Positions 26,940 to 39,742 of a stretch of 64,000 nt of DNA are shown here, piece after piece. Origin of the DNA: Octopus sinensis (Eukaryota); contig NC_042997.1 in NCBI RefSeq assembly GCF_006345805.1, positions 57,660,001 to 57,724,000 of the forward strand. Direction: 5' to 3'. Both the position numbers and the translations under genes were made by a program. The notes beneath the pieces were generated by a model. That model did no database searches. It had not been told where the DNA came from and saw only the letters and a list, made by a program, of their open reading frames with translations. Numbering within the stretch: position 1 is the first letter of the stretch; the number at the start of each line of letters is the position of its first letter.

Positions 26940-28029
26940 AAAGGGCTTAGTAAAATAATTACTTTGCCGCATACTGAACTCATTAGAAATAGCAGCTAAA
27001 AAACTTTTTTAAAGCTATTTCTAATACTTAAAGAAAATCTCTCTCATATATAGTGTTTGCTTAATTCAACTCACAAAAGTTTGGGGGTAAGGACATCGAA
27101 AAATCAAATGCTAAGGTTATTTGAGAACGTACGTTTCAAGATTAGTCAAAACAACACTTCTATCATCAGCTCAGAAATTCCTTGGTTTGGATTTGGAAAC
27201 ACTGAAAATAAGAACATACCCTTTCGAAGATCTGCTCGTAACTAACAGTGCCAACAAATTCAAAAAAGCAAGCGAAGAATCTCTGTTCTAGAAATAGCTT
27301 TAAAAAAGTTTTTTAGCTGCTATTTCTAATGAGTTCAGTATGCGGCAAAGTAATTTATTTTACTAAGCCCTTTTATATAATGTAATAATTTGAATTCGCC
27401 TTGAATGGTCCTTTGCATACTGAACACTTGGTGAAATTGATTAATAATAATTAATTAATTTTGCCTCAATTGTTGAAATTATAATTAATCTCCCTCTGAT
27501 AATGCTTCGGATTTTACCGAAATAAGCATAGTGTTTGATGATTTTAACCCACGCTGGTGGAAAGGGGAGAACAGAGATTCTTCGCTTGCTTTTTTGAATT
27601 GTTGGCACTGTTAGTTACGAGCAGATCTTCGAAAGGGTATGTTCTTATTTTCAGTGTTTCCAAATCCAAACCAAGGAATTTCTGAGCTGATGATAGAAGT
27701 GTTGTTTTGACTAATCTTGAAACGTACGTTCTCAAATAACCTTAGCATTTGATTTTTCGATGTCCTTACCCCCAAACTTTTGTGAGTTGAATTAAGCAAA
27801 TACTATATATGAGAGAGATTTTCTTTAAGTATTAGAAATAGCTTTAAAAAAGTTTTTTAGCTGCTATTTCTAATGAGTTCAGTATGCGGCAAAGTAATTT
27901 ATTTTACTAAGCCCTTTTATATAATGTAATAATTTGAATTCGCCTTGAATGGTCCCTTTGCATACTGAACACTTGGTGAAATTGATTAATAATAATTAAT
28001 TAATTTTGCCCTCAATTGTTGAAATTATA
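26932..28029. repeat. Near-identical inverted plus direct duplication block (X Y X' Z W Y' X' Z) between (TA)n tracts
   Basis: 26932-27289 is the reverse complement of 27568-27925; 27289-27483 is directly repeated at 27833-28029; an identical 62-aa spurious ORF occurs on both strands. Confidence 0.95.
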
Positions 28030-28910
28030 TATATATATATATATTGATAGATAGATAGATAGATATACATGTGCATGAAGGTGTGGGTGTATGGTCAAGA
28101 AGCTTGTTTCCCAACCGTATCGTGATATTTCACAACTTTTGTGGCTTATGAACATCACAGATCTGAACTGAACCAGTGACAAACTGAATCATCAGTCTAT
28201 GACTATATATAAATAGTGTAAAAACTATTTGCTGGTATGCCATTTTAGCTATTTTTATTGCTGTTAAATGAGGCAATCTTTACTGTGACACTGCAAGACA
28301 AAGGCAGCCACCTCAATTATATGTACAGTTCATCTCATGAGCATTCACCCTACTCATGTTCACCCACAAAGTTTCTTCAGACTTACATGACTTGGCCCTC
28401 ACAACCTTCTTCTCATTTCAACTAACTTGAATTTTATTACAAGTTTTCCTCTGGCTCTTTCCCATTACTTACCACTCTATGTCACTCTGCTTATTAATTC
28501 ATACTCTCATTAGCAATTAAATCTAAAATACAATACATCTGCATTTTCCTCTCGCTCTTTCTCTGAAGAAGGAAAAGTATTTGAAACATTAGTCTTCCCT
28601 TCCCTCTCTCTCTTTCGGAGTGGCACTGAGCAGCTATACGCACACATACACACACGGCAGTAACTTCCACCTACCGAATTCAATCACAAAGCTCCGGTCG
28701 GCTCAGGGCTATAGTGGAAGACACCTTCTTACAGCATAAAATTTACTCCACTATTCTATTTTCATTATTCTTATTTTTTAATTTCAAAGCCACCCTGATC
28801 AAGTAGACCTGTGATCAAAGACATCCCATTCACAATCCCAGGACTATACTGTTCAATGTGTTGCTTCTTGAAATGGTAGGGTAATTTACAGGAGATTTTG
28901 TTGCTATATA

Positions 28911-29430
28911 AATAATAATAATAATGAAATTATTGTATACAGCGCTCAGGTGCACCACAACTTGTCAAAAGTGCATATAAAGTATATGCAGTAATGTACA
29001 AATGTCTGGAAAGCAAACAGTGTATGAGTCAGGTACATGCTTGCGTGTGTATGGAGGGGAGAAAATTAAGTGTAGCGTTGGCGAATCTCAGGAAGCATGG
29101 AAGTTTTGAAGGATGCAGTGCTCCGACAACTAACAACTGATGCCGGCAGTTTGTTCCATGCTTCAGCAACTCTTAGCGTGAAAAAATGTTTCTGAAAGTC
29201 ATGGGAGCTGTGCTGTTTTCTGACTTTGTAAACATGTCCATGGGTGTTAGACAAATGGAGTTTGAAAAGGTGCTCAGAGTTATTGTTTTTAAGATGGTTA
29301 ATAATTTTATGGGTGTCTGCCAAGTCAGCTGCCAGACGTCGGAGTTTCAATGTATCCATGCCCAGGGAAGTAAGGCATTCAGAATATGGCAAATGCCTGA
29401 TGGAGGGTATATCTAGCAGGTCAAGTGAAC
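28911..29430 (-). mobile_element. CR1/L2-clade LINE 3' fragment with (ATT)n tail; a tail-only copy at about 31644-31692
   Basis: LPYSECLTSLGMDTLKLRRLAADL...THGHVYK...FFTLRVAEAWNKLPASVV, the typical CR1-type C-terminus. Confidence 0.85.
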
Positions 29431-32400
29431 ATATAGAGTTAAACTGATCATCTATATATACACACACATACAATCAGGCTCTACATTCATGTACACACAA
29501 CTGCAGAGTTGAAAATGATAAATAGGGATGGCATCCATGGTTGTGTAATTAGCTAATGAAAGATGCACTATGACTCAAGCTCCTAATTCAAATTTATAAT
29601 GGAAATGGATGGTGTCAGAGTCATGGGAATCTGCAAAAGCAACAAAAATAACAACCAAACCTGGCATGTAATTGTCATCATCATCATTGTTTTAACATTT
29701 ACTTTTCCATGCTTTTGCAGTAGACTGCAAGCTAATGACAGTTTGTATGAATAGTGAGGGTCTTATTTACAATCAGCAAACATAGAAGATGAGAAATATG
29801 AACTCTCACACACACAAAACAGGCCCCTTCCATTTCTGACTACCAATTTCAATCACAATGTATGAGCCAAACTGTACCTATTGTCCTATAGTACAGGACA
29901 CCAACCAATAGTACCCATGCAGTGGGACTGGACCATGTAGTTCTGTAGCAAACTTCTTAACCATACAAGCATGCCTGCATTTATTATGATGATAACAATT
30001 ACAATAAAACATAATGTGCAGCAATTGCCCATTTTGTTACATAAAAATAGGTTCCAAAATTTATGAGAAGTCATTGCTGAATACTCTAAGGTGTCTTTAT
30101 ACAAAGGGTTGTACAAAATATTGGTTTCAAATTTTGGCACAGGGACAACAATTTCAAAGGAGAGGTTAAGTTGATTATATCAATCCCAGTAATCAATATG
30201 TTGGCTCTAGAGTTGTAATTGGCCTTGACAATGTGTCAGACTACTAGCCAAAGCATTAGTAGTTTGTATCCTATCACCATCACTGTTTAGTGTCCATGGT
30301 CAAAATTATTCAAGTAGTATTTTGTCAGTGTCCACTACTTGTAAAGGATATGCACCACTATCTAATTTAAGCAGTGGGTAACAGTGTTTTGTTAATATGT
30401 TCTGGTGACTATAAGTCTATCTATGAATTCAGAGAAATTAAAAGGAATTTATTTCTGCGTTTCCATTCTTCCTTTAAAATCACACTGATTTTTCATATAG
30501 AGTTACTAATGAATGGTCTATGATTTGATAGTAACTTTATTGATACCTGAAGATAATCAGAAATCATGCTGGTCAAAAGATGATGTTAATAGTCTGAATA
30601 ACTCTTATTATTTAACAAAAAAAATCAAACAAAAAGGAAAATATTTCCAATTAAGCAATAATTCTGATGAATACATTTTTTTGGAATTGTAAGTGGCTTT
30701 ATCTCTAAAAGTTGCAAACAATAAGCTGTGACAAATTTTCACCAGTTAAACTTTCTCCAGTACAGTTAACAAAATCAGCCATCATATTTCTGTTGTGTGT
30801 GTGTATGAGAGAAAAATCTACAAGAAATATACTGGATAATTACACTAATTTCATATAACTGTTGCAGAGAGGGACAGGATTCCTAATAATGACATAACAA
30901 ATTGTCTATTATTGTTACGTTTTGCCCTAACTGCAGGTTTACAATGTTACTCAGTCACTACAAGCTCTAATGATTACAACTAGATTATGCATTGTTGATG
31001 ATGTCTAATAAAACTGAAACATGACCAGAATAGGCAACATACTGCTAAAGATCACACTCATTTCTCATCACATTCTCTATTTAATAAATTTTAATTAAAT
31101 TTTGGAATTTTCTCTTCTGCCATTTTTTTTTCTTACTAGAATTAATCAACTATGTAATGATTATTTCTATTATTAAGGATGTAATTTTAATTAAATTTCT
31201 TGGTTCACTAAATTGTGTGTATTAGTGCACATTTTACATTTAGTTTTCATGCATAAAGTGTTCCTAGGTAAGTTTTCGTAATAATATTCCATGTTCATTC
31301 ACGAAATACTTTCTCATTGCATTTCAGAGTAAATTTTAGAGTTGTCTCCCTTGCTTCTATTGTATTACACTGCTAATTATTTGATCGATCTGGAACTAAA
31401 AGATATAAGGGTACATTATTGTAGACGAAATCATTTAAATAGCCGACAATATATCTGTTGATACATGCAGCATCAGGTTCATTCTCAAAGATGATAACTT
31501 CTTTAATCTATAGTTTACATTAAATACACTGTATGGAATTCCTACCTACTTCAGTTCTAAATACTGAGCATGGCCATTTCCTTAAGCATTTGCATCTTAT
31601 CCTGCTAAAGTGACTCTGTGAGGTATATTTTTAGGCCCTGTTAATTATAATAATAATGAAATTATTGTATACAGTGCTCAGGTGCACCACAAGAAACTAA
31701 TTTCCACATTTGGAACTTCTAATTCTTTGATTTGCCACAAAATAGATATACATGCATGCATATATGTATATGAAGAATGTGCCATCTGGGGCTTATCTAG
31801 ACTACTACTATTTATTAATACACTAGTATCTTCCTATTTACCTACTGTGTAATGAAAATGAAAGTAATTAAAATAGAATAAGTAAACAGTAGATAGTTAT
31901 GGAGTGGTGGTAGCAGAGATATTGGCAGTGATGTTGGAGTTGGTAATGGAAAATGGAGAGAGAAAGGAGAAAAAAGAGAGAGGTGGGAATAGTGGAATAA
32001 ATGAAGTGATACAAAAAGAAAAAGCATTATTAAATGTGTGAACCTATTTTAAAAGGTTGAATGGTTAAGAAATTTGCAATCATGAGGTTCAATCCCAGTA
32101 TGTAGTACCTTGTGCATGTGTTTTCTATAAAAATTTGAGATCCAGTTAAGTAATGTGAGTGAAAGTGGGATGTGGGAACTATGTAAAAGTCCATAAAATG
32201 GAGTACATCAGTAATAATGGCCCCAGCCATGTCACACAGTGTTATGCTGGTTGTCCCTGAGGATTATATTCAGAATACAGGCATTTGTGTAAATTTCATC
32301 ATATCAATTGTATTCTATTACAAATAGGTAAAAGGTAGGGTTGTATAGTGAAAAGTGATAGTAGCCAGCCATTATAAAGAGACAGAAGCCAGTTGACAGA

Positions 32401-32805
32401 GGAAAAGTTGGAAGATCGACAGTACATGTACACTATGTTAATAATCATGTCTGTGCTGATATAGTATTCATACTGTGATACTGAGTGGATGTCATAATGT
32501 TCCAACCTTTTGAGGATAATAATACAGGTAGTTACAATGATGAAATAACTAAAATAATAACTCTTTGGAACTAAAGTGTAATTCATTCATTGCATTTAAA
32601 TTTTCATGTAATTTTGTTTGTTGTTCATATAACCTACTTATATAGAATTCAACTGCAAATGTGACAAAACAATGGAATCAATATTATTTGTGGTTGGATA
32701 CGAGGAATGATGGCAGTGATTTACAATAAATCAATGGTTAACTAGCTTACAGTGTGAAAAAAAGTGACAACAAAAAAATATCTAAAAGGTAATTAAAACT
32801 TTGTC

Positions 32806-32811
32806 TTTATT
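32806..32811 (-). promoter_or_regulatory. Candidate QNG1 polyadenylation signal AATAAA
   Basis: Plus strand reads tttatt, 36 nt downstream of the stop codon. Confidence 0.45.
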
Positions 32812-32846
32812 TTTCCACACTAAGAATGTAAAGATTTTTTTTTCAA

Positions 32847-33011
32847 TTAATAATATATGCATCGCACCTTGTGGATAGGGATAACATCCATTTCTTTAGC
32901 ATGTAATTGACGATAATCCCACAAAAATTGATCAAGTAATACAGAATTAAACAAGGCATTTTTGGTTTCTTCATCTTCGTCCAGTAATTTTTGGGATTCC
33001 TCTCGAATCAT
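32847..33011 (-). CDS. QNG1: QNG1 last coding exon (MIREESQKLL...LLDQFLWDYRQ...IPIHKVRCIYY*)
   Basis: 165 nt including TAA, tttcag acceptor; LLDxxLWDY and HxxRCIYY C-terminus. The nine exons sum to 1026 nt = 341 aa + stop. Confidence 0.97.
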   Translation of the reverse strand: MIREESQKLLDEDEETKNALFNSVLLDQFLWDYRQLHAKEMDVIPIHKVRCIYY

Positions 33012-33467
33012 CTGAAAAAAGAGTGAAAAAAAGGAATATTTTATTGAAAACTGAAAGCGAGTCAATTACATTTTTCATAAGTTAATCAGAAGGGTAATGA
33101 CTTTCCCAGGCCCAACTAGATTGTTGAGACTGAATTAGTAGTTGATGTTTAACATGAATGTTTGTAGGTCCTTAAATTTTTGACTCGTCACTGGATCTTT
33201 AAGCTTCTATATTTCCCTTTTCCAACAATTTGTGTCTCTACTGGGTATACATACTTCACCAGGGAAAAAAGCTTTACACTCACAACCATCTGTTTATCCT
33301 TTTCTTGGAGAGAATGAAATCTATTTGGCTTGTTTGTTCACCTAATTGATGGGTGTGTGTGTGTGTGTGTGTGTATGAATGTGTGCATGTAAGTATATAT
33401 ATATATATATCACATATACACAAAAATATATGTACATGCACACATACAAATATAAATATGCATCTCA

Positions 33468-34250
33468 CAGTTTGGCTGACTGTTGGTTATAGCTCTAATT
33501 AAGAATGCAAATGCCCAATTCTATCTCATTATAATCATTAATATTCTTAATATTCTTTCACATCGGCAGCCTCAGTTTTTGATGTTTCACAGTGCTGAAT
33601 TCTAACTCATTATTAGAATTACTTTTCTTCTGCTCCAGCAGCAGCAATGTTAAAGCCATTCGTTCAATTATGTTACCCTAAATCCCAAAATTCCATCTCC
33701 TCATATTCTGTCTTCAACCAGCCTAACTCTGGTCTCTCTTTCTCTCTCTCTTCCTCTTTCTTAGTTTCGTTAACCATTTGCTTCTCCCAACACTTTACTT
33801 CTGCTCCCCCACCCCACCCCACCCTATATAAACTAACCCATTCAGATTCCCCTACTTCATATTTTAATACCTCACCACACGTGGTAGAAATCAGAAGTTC
33901 AGATAAGCACCTTTGTTTTCCAACCTAGCATACCTCTTTTCCAGTGCAAATTACAATTACTTTATTATTTCATTTTATTATCTATCACAGTTTCGTCTTC
34001 TATGCTGTATGTTTAGAGGAAAAAACTTAAGAACCCTTCGCTCAATCCAACTCTTCCTCTTTCTCCCTCTCTTTCATGCTCATTTATTATTGTCATTTCT
34101 TCATTCATTTATCTAATTTTGTAACAGTTTGGCTGACTGAAAACTGTTGGTTATAACTCTAGTTGAGAATGCAAATGCCCAATTCTACCTCATTATCATT
34201 AATATTCTTTCACACCAGCAGCCTCAGTTTTTGCTGTTTCACAGTGCATC
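33468..34250. repeat. About 130-bp direct repeats (33468-33595 and 34126-34250) flanking pyrimidine-rich DNA; possibly a Penelope pseudo-LTR arrangement
   Basis: cagtttggctgactg..ttggttata..gaatgcaaatgcccaattcta..cagcctcagtttttg..gtttcacagtg is seen twice. Confidence 0.55.
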
Positions 34251-34314
34251 TGCCCTTCCCACCCCCACCACCTGTACCAGAAGTCTCTATCCTCTGACCT
34301 CTATCAGATGTCTC

Positions 34315-34985
34315 TTCCATGATAGAGAAAGTTGTCATGGCAATACCTGCTTAGAGGCCAATGCAAAGTTGTAGAAATTGTATAGAGACGAGTGTATGAG
34401 TAGTTCAGATGTTTCCAGGATGGCCGAAAAAATGTCGATATTGACGAACATTCTGGGAGACCTGCAACCAGCAGAACTGAGAAAAGCATCGCAGATGTGT
34501 ATGCAGCTATGAGGGGAAATTGTCAAATCACCATCCGTGAGATATCAGAGGATGTGCAGATTAGCTATGGTTCAGTTCAGTTCATTATCACTGAAGATTT
34601 GGGTATGAGACGCATGTCTGCCAAGTTTATGCCAAAACTGCTTTCAGTTGACCAAAAAGACACTCGAATTTCAGTTGCACAAGGTCTCCTTGATTGTGTC
34701 AAGAATGATAAAAATCTTTTTGAAAACTTTGTGTAGGCCTCTAAGCAGATAGTGACAAGCTTTTGACGAAATTTTATGCAGATTCTCTCAACTTTCTCTG
34801 TCATAGTCAATGTGACAATCACATGCTATACACCTTCCTTCCAAGCACTGCTATAAATAGTGGAAATGAGCTAGAACATTAAAACTTAGTGCGCATACAC
34901 AGCAGAGGTCAAGGTCAGTCTGTACCAAGCATGCTTTAGCTTCGTTACTATGGTAACAGTCCAGATACTTATTGATCAGACCACG
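34315..34985 (+). mobile_element. Non-autonomous mariner derivative: HTH fragment plus inverted copy of the 5' end
   Basis: ITIREISEDVQISYGSVQFIITEDLGMRRMSAKFMPKLLS, then reverse-strand RICIKFRQKL..EAY; ends cagaccacg|TA. Confidence 0.8.
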
Positions 34986-35766
34986 TATATCATAGTCATA
35001 TAAATTCTGTCCTCCATACTGGCATAGGTTGAACAGTTTGATAGAAGCTAGCCAGCTGGAGAGCTGCTTGGGCTCCATTTGTCTGTTTTGGCCTGGTTTC
35101 TACAGATTGATGCCCTTCCTAATACCATCCACTTTACAGAGAGTACTGGATGCTTTTAATGTAGCACTGGTGTGAGTGGTTTTATGTGGCATCAGGAGAG
35201 GAACTTTTAGATGTATACATATATATACACACATACAAACACATATACAAATACACACGCACACACAAATTAAAACGATAGAAAAATTAGTTTGAAGCAA
35301 TGGAAGAATCTTTTCTTTACTTATATATATAAAAAAATATTTGGCTTCCTTTCTTCCTCATGCCATAAAACATATTCTAGTATTTCATATGTATTATTGT
35401 TCCTGATTAGCCTCAAGGTATCTTTGATCAAGTAAACTGATGATTTAAGACATCCTATTCATGACCATTACATCCTTCTTTTTTATTCAGGGCCATATTA
35501 TCTGCCTAGAAGGGTTTAATGAAACAATTTGACCCCATACTTATTCTGGTGCTTATTCTACATCAGGCTCTTTTGCTGAACTGCTAAGTTACAAGGATGT
35601 ACACAAATCAACACTGGTCATCAGGCAGTGGTTGGGTCAAACGCAAAGACAAACACACACACACACACACATGCACACACACATGCACACCTAACTAGAC
35701 CTACAATCATGTATACACACCTACAGGATTAAAAGTAATAAATACACAAAACTCAACACAAATTAC

Positions 35767-35834
35767 CTCAACAGACCAGATTGAGCAACCGCGGATCTCT
35801 ACTTCTAATCTATCTCCATTCTTCATGAGAACAC
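35767..35834 (-). CDS. QNG1: QNG1 coding exon 8 (VLMKNGDRLEVEIRGCSIWSVE)
   Basis: 68 nt, tttcag acceptor, GTAATT donor; GDRxEVEIRGCSxW motif. Confidence 0.96.
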
Positions 35835-35839
35835 CTGAA

Positions 35840-35851
35840 ATAATAATAATA

Positions 35852-35891
<40 letters not shown>
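35840..35891. repeat. (AAT)n microsatellite abutting the QNG1 exon 8 acceptor
   Basis: About 17 units with one interruption, starting 3 nt from the CAG acceptor. Confidence 0.95.
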
Positions 35892-35893
<2 letters not shown>

Positions 35894-36129
35894 CAACAAC
35901 AATAACAGAAGAAAATTCTAATTGGGCCCCCACCTGCAAGGTCATGTGCTGTTTATCTTGATATGAGATCACCATGTCGCGCACACATGGTTGTGATACA
36001 TGTGCCTAGTGTACCCTTATCAGATGGGTAGTCATGATGGGTATACTGGGCTATATTTTACCCCAGTGTCACTTTGAAGAGTACAATACACTTAGTGAAT
36101 GTCATGAAAGAGCAAAGCTGGAAAGAAGT

Positions 36130-36715
36130 GGCAGAGTAGGCTGACACCTTGAAATTTTGGATGGAAAAGGACATGTGTCCAATGTCAGAAAATAAACTAA
36201 TGAACCAAGTGAGAGTGATTAGGAGGAAGGATTACTTAACTGGAGTTGAAATATCTCAGATTAGTGAGAGTCTGAGAGACCCTGCGGATGGGCTACAAAG
36301 GATGGTCAGAGTTGAAAACGAAGGTAGGAGTTGAAAGCAGAGAGAAGAGTAGACAGGAGGAACAGGGAAATGGAGAAAGGGTTGTTAAGGATGAGGAATA
36401 GGAACGTTATACAGTGAACCCTGATACTGTGGTGGGTGGACATGCAGGAGAAATGAACTAACTAGATAAGGAATTGCTTGAAATTCAAAGATGACTCACT
36501 GACTCAAATGTTCCAGAAGAAAAAATCCCCATGGATATGAGAAGAGTAGATAGGAGTATGATAAATAAAGTAACACAAAAGATAAATATTGTCATACCAT
36601 TCATCCAGATGGAGGATATAACACAAACAAGAAATCTCTGAGCTATTGTGCTACTTGTTGAGGAGAAATTACAACTTAAGAGAACAAAAAATGGTGGAGC
36701 AAAAGTACCATGGTA
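36130..36715 (+). mobile_element. R4/Dong-like non-LTR retrotransposon N-terminal fragment
   Basis: ENKLMNQVRVIRRKDYLTGVEI and RRVDRSMINKVTQKINIVIPFIQMEDITQTRNL..V.EKL..VPW resemble R4/Dong ORF motifs. Confidence 0.55.
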
Positions 36716-36935
36716 CACCAAACACAACTTGATTTATGTTGCTTGTACAACAGAACAACTAAACAAAAGATTCAATGGGCATGGATATGACGTCAGGCAC
36801 AATAACAGTAGTTCAACAGAACTTGCCGAAAATTTTACATCAAACAGCTGCAATTTTGAAAAAAACTTGAAAGTGCATGTTCTCAGAAAATATTCTGAAT
36901 CTGCTACACTTTCAGTCCTCAAAATGCATCAGGAG
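36715..36935 (+). mobile_element. Penelope-like GIY-YIG endonuclease remnant
   Basis: HNLIYVACTTEQLNKRFNGHGYDVR resembles YVGxTxxxLxxRxxEH. Confidence 0.6.
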
Positions 36936-36939
36936 AAAT

Positions 36940-37620
36940 ATGTAGATGTCTCAGATATCAGATACAGCACATCATTAGCCTCAGCAGACTGGACTTACTG
37001 CACAGAGGTGTTGGCAACAAATGGACCACCTGATCAGTAGAAGGCATTTCTTCCACATGAAGTAAAAGAGTAAATGAGGCTTCAATCTGGTCAGACAATA
37101 ACTGGAGCGAGTAATTAATAGTTTCTGTTACCCAGGTGATCTAATGAGCAGTAGGGGTGAGTATTCTGAGAGTATAGTAGCCAGAGTAAGAATGGGTTGG
37201 AAGAAGTTCATGGAGCTATTACCACTTCAGACTAAAGAGCAAATTGTATGATGTTTGTGAGCAAGGATTAATGATTCATGGTGGTGAAATATGAACCTTA
37301 AATTCAGAGGATTTGAAAAGAGTATAAAGAAATCAAGTGAGCCTGCTTTACAGCATGTCAAATTTTAGTGTGCATGAATAATGGATTTCAAATCAGTTAA
37401 AAGAAAATCTGGATGAAAGAGAGAAGACTGCACTGGTATAGATATGTGATGCATATTGATGATAACAATTGTATAAAAAAGAGCATAGTATTTAGTGAAT
37501 GAAACCTGTACAAGAAGTTCTAGAAAAACCTGTGATGAATTAGTGAAGACTGATCTCAAGACACTGAGTCCCACAAAAGAGATGACAAGGGACAAGTGAT
37601 GACATGCATCACTAGAAAAG
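36940..37620 (+). mobile_element. RTE-clade LINE RT/C-terminal fragment
   Basis: INSFCYPGDLMSSRGEYSESIVARVRMGWKKFMELLPL. Confidence 0.75.
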
Positions 37621-38193
37621 ACCTTCAGTCCCTGTGCAAGTAGGTCAAAGAAAACACTGAAATGGAAGTAGTGAGGGTAGCTGGGATGCTCTCATTGCAT
37701 TCATCCTCTATGTCTCTCTGATATTGTCTTTTCTTTCTTTCACTAGCTCTCATCTTTCTCTCATTCTTTATCATTCACCCCCTCCATCATCCATTCATAT
37801 TTACTTGTATCAAGTGGGATAGCATAGGATCACCCTCTAGTCAATCAACCCCAACATCTGATCACTCTTACTCCTTACACTATTCTTTCCCTTCCATTAC
37901 CTTATCAATCACTCTCTTTTATTATACTCTCTTCTACCGCCCTTTCACAACAATAAATCTGTTACTTCTATCATACATTCACTTCTCTAAACACCTCACC
38001 TTAAGTTCAGTTTATGTTATCACAGACTTGAATTACAAGAAGCTTATCCCAACTCTATGGCAGAAAATATGAAAATTTGAAATGATATTTACAATATCTG
38101 AAGAATATTTTCTATACTGAAATTTGAAAGACTTATTTCAGACCAAAATGCAACTTTGAATAGGATGCCAAATAAAAGGAAACAGTAACTTAC

Positions 38194-38264
38194 CATCTTT
38201 TAGTATTTTCATCAAACTATCTGAATATTTTAGTGCACCATAATAGGCAAGAATTTGAGGTATC
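38194..38264 (-). CDS. QNG1: QNG1 coding exon 7 (IPQILAYYGALKYSDSLMKILKD)
   Basis: 71 nt, ttgtag acceptor, GTAAGT donor; PQxLxxxGALKYS motif. Confidence 0.96.
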
Positions 38265-38385
38265 CTACAAAACAATTTTAAGATAAGTGCTTTGAAAATA
38301 TATTGTTCCTTGTGAAGTTAAACAAATAATAACAAATATTAAGAATTTCTATTCTTTGGTAAAAAAACAATTGCAGTTAGATAAT

Positions 38386-38960
38386 CATCATCATTGTTTA
38401 ATGTCTGCTTTCCATGCTGGCATGGGTTGGACAGTTTGACTGAGGACTGGTGAGCCAGAGGCTGCACCAGGCACAGTCTGATCTGGCAAAGTTTCTACAG
38501 CTGAATGTCCTTCCTATGCCAACCACTCCAAGAGTGTAGTGGGTGCTTTCACGTGCCACTGGCATGAGGGCCTGTCAGGCAGTTCTGCTTAAAAGGTAGT
38601 TTTATGTGCTACTTGCACAGGAATCAGTCCAGCAGCACTGGCAACAATCATGCTTGAATGTTGTTTTTCACATGCCACCGGCATATGTGCCGGTAGGGTG
38701 ATGCTGGCAACGATCATGGTTGAATGGTGCTTTTCACGTGTCACTGGCACAGGAGCCAATCCGTGGCCCTGGCAACGATCACGTTTGGTTGTACTTTTAA
38801 CGTTCCACTTGCACGAGTGTCAATCAAGCGGTACTGTCATCGGCCATGTCAGTGGTTTTGATTTTGATTTCACTTGCCTCAATAGGTCTTCACAAGCAAG
38901 GAATGAGGGGTATTCAGAAGTGGGCTGGTTACACCCACAGGTATTGGTTTGTCGGGTCTT
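38386..38960 (-). mobile_element. RTE 3' UTR / tail fragment
   Basis: (cat)n-gtttaatgtc..ttccatgctggcatgggttggac; gattttgattttcacttgcctcaataggtcttcaca matches the 20.4-22.1 kb unit in reverse. Confidence 0.75.
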
Positions 38961-39627
38961 CTCAAGTAAAGTGATGGAAAAAAATCATTATTAAAGAACA
39001 AAGCTTTGTGGCTGATTAAATGTTTAATCTTACACTATTTATATAGCATGGAATTATGATGATAACAATAAAACATAATATGCAACTATTGCTTTGGCTG
39101 ATATATAAGAGTAAGTTCTAAAGATTGTGTTAACATATTACTAAATATCATAAGAAATTTTGTGCTTAGGATTGTACAAAATATTGAAAGCATATACTTG
39201 TAAAGTTACCAAAAAATATTCTGAGTTAGTGGAGATAAAATTTTCAACTTTTTTGAAATTCAAGATAGTCTAAGATTTTTTTATTCCCTATCTCAATTAC
39301 AATGTTCAAAGCATAATCCTTCATGACCATTATTTATAAACAATGAATAAAAATTGAAGTAGTTTCAAGTAAATGAAATTGAATATACCAGTCAAGTAAG
39401 AAGCCAAATAATAAGAGTAAAATTTTAAAAATGCAATTTTGAAAATAAACCATAGCAATGATTAAATTACAATAGCATGACTTAATTTATTTTTTTTTTG
39501 TGGCATGAAGAATTTTTTACTGAAACAATGATATGATTGATTTACACCCCCAAAATTTTCTTCTCATATGATTAAACTTAAATTTAGGTAGAGTTTTGAA
39601 TAAGGCTGCAGGAGACAAATATCTTAC

Positions 39628-39742
39628 CTGTAATCAGCAAACATAGTGAGTTTCTCTATATCGTAAAAGAAACCCAAACTTTGACCTTCAAAACAGGTCC
39701 ATATGTCCGCTATGAGAATTTGTGCTCTTTTGTAAAAGGAAA
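39628..39742 (-). CDS. QNG1: QNG1 coding exon 6 ([14 protein letters not shown]...LTMFADY)
   Basis: 115 nt, ccacag acceptor, GTAAGA donor; FYKRAQIL and catalytic MFADYR motif. Confidence 0.97.

Noticed and set aside
27057-27799. Identical 62-aa ORF on opposite strands (MLNSTHKSLG...)
   Set aside because: A by-product of the inverted duplication; TTG start, no recognisable homology
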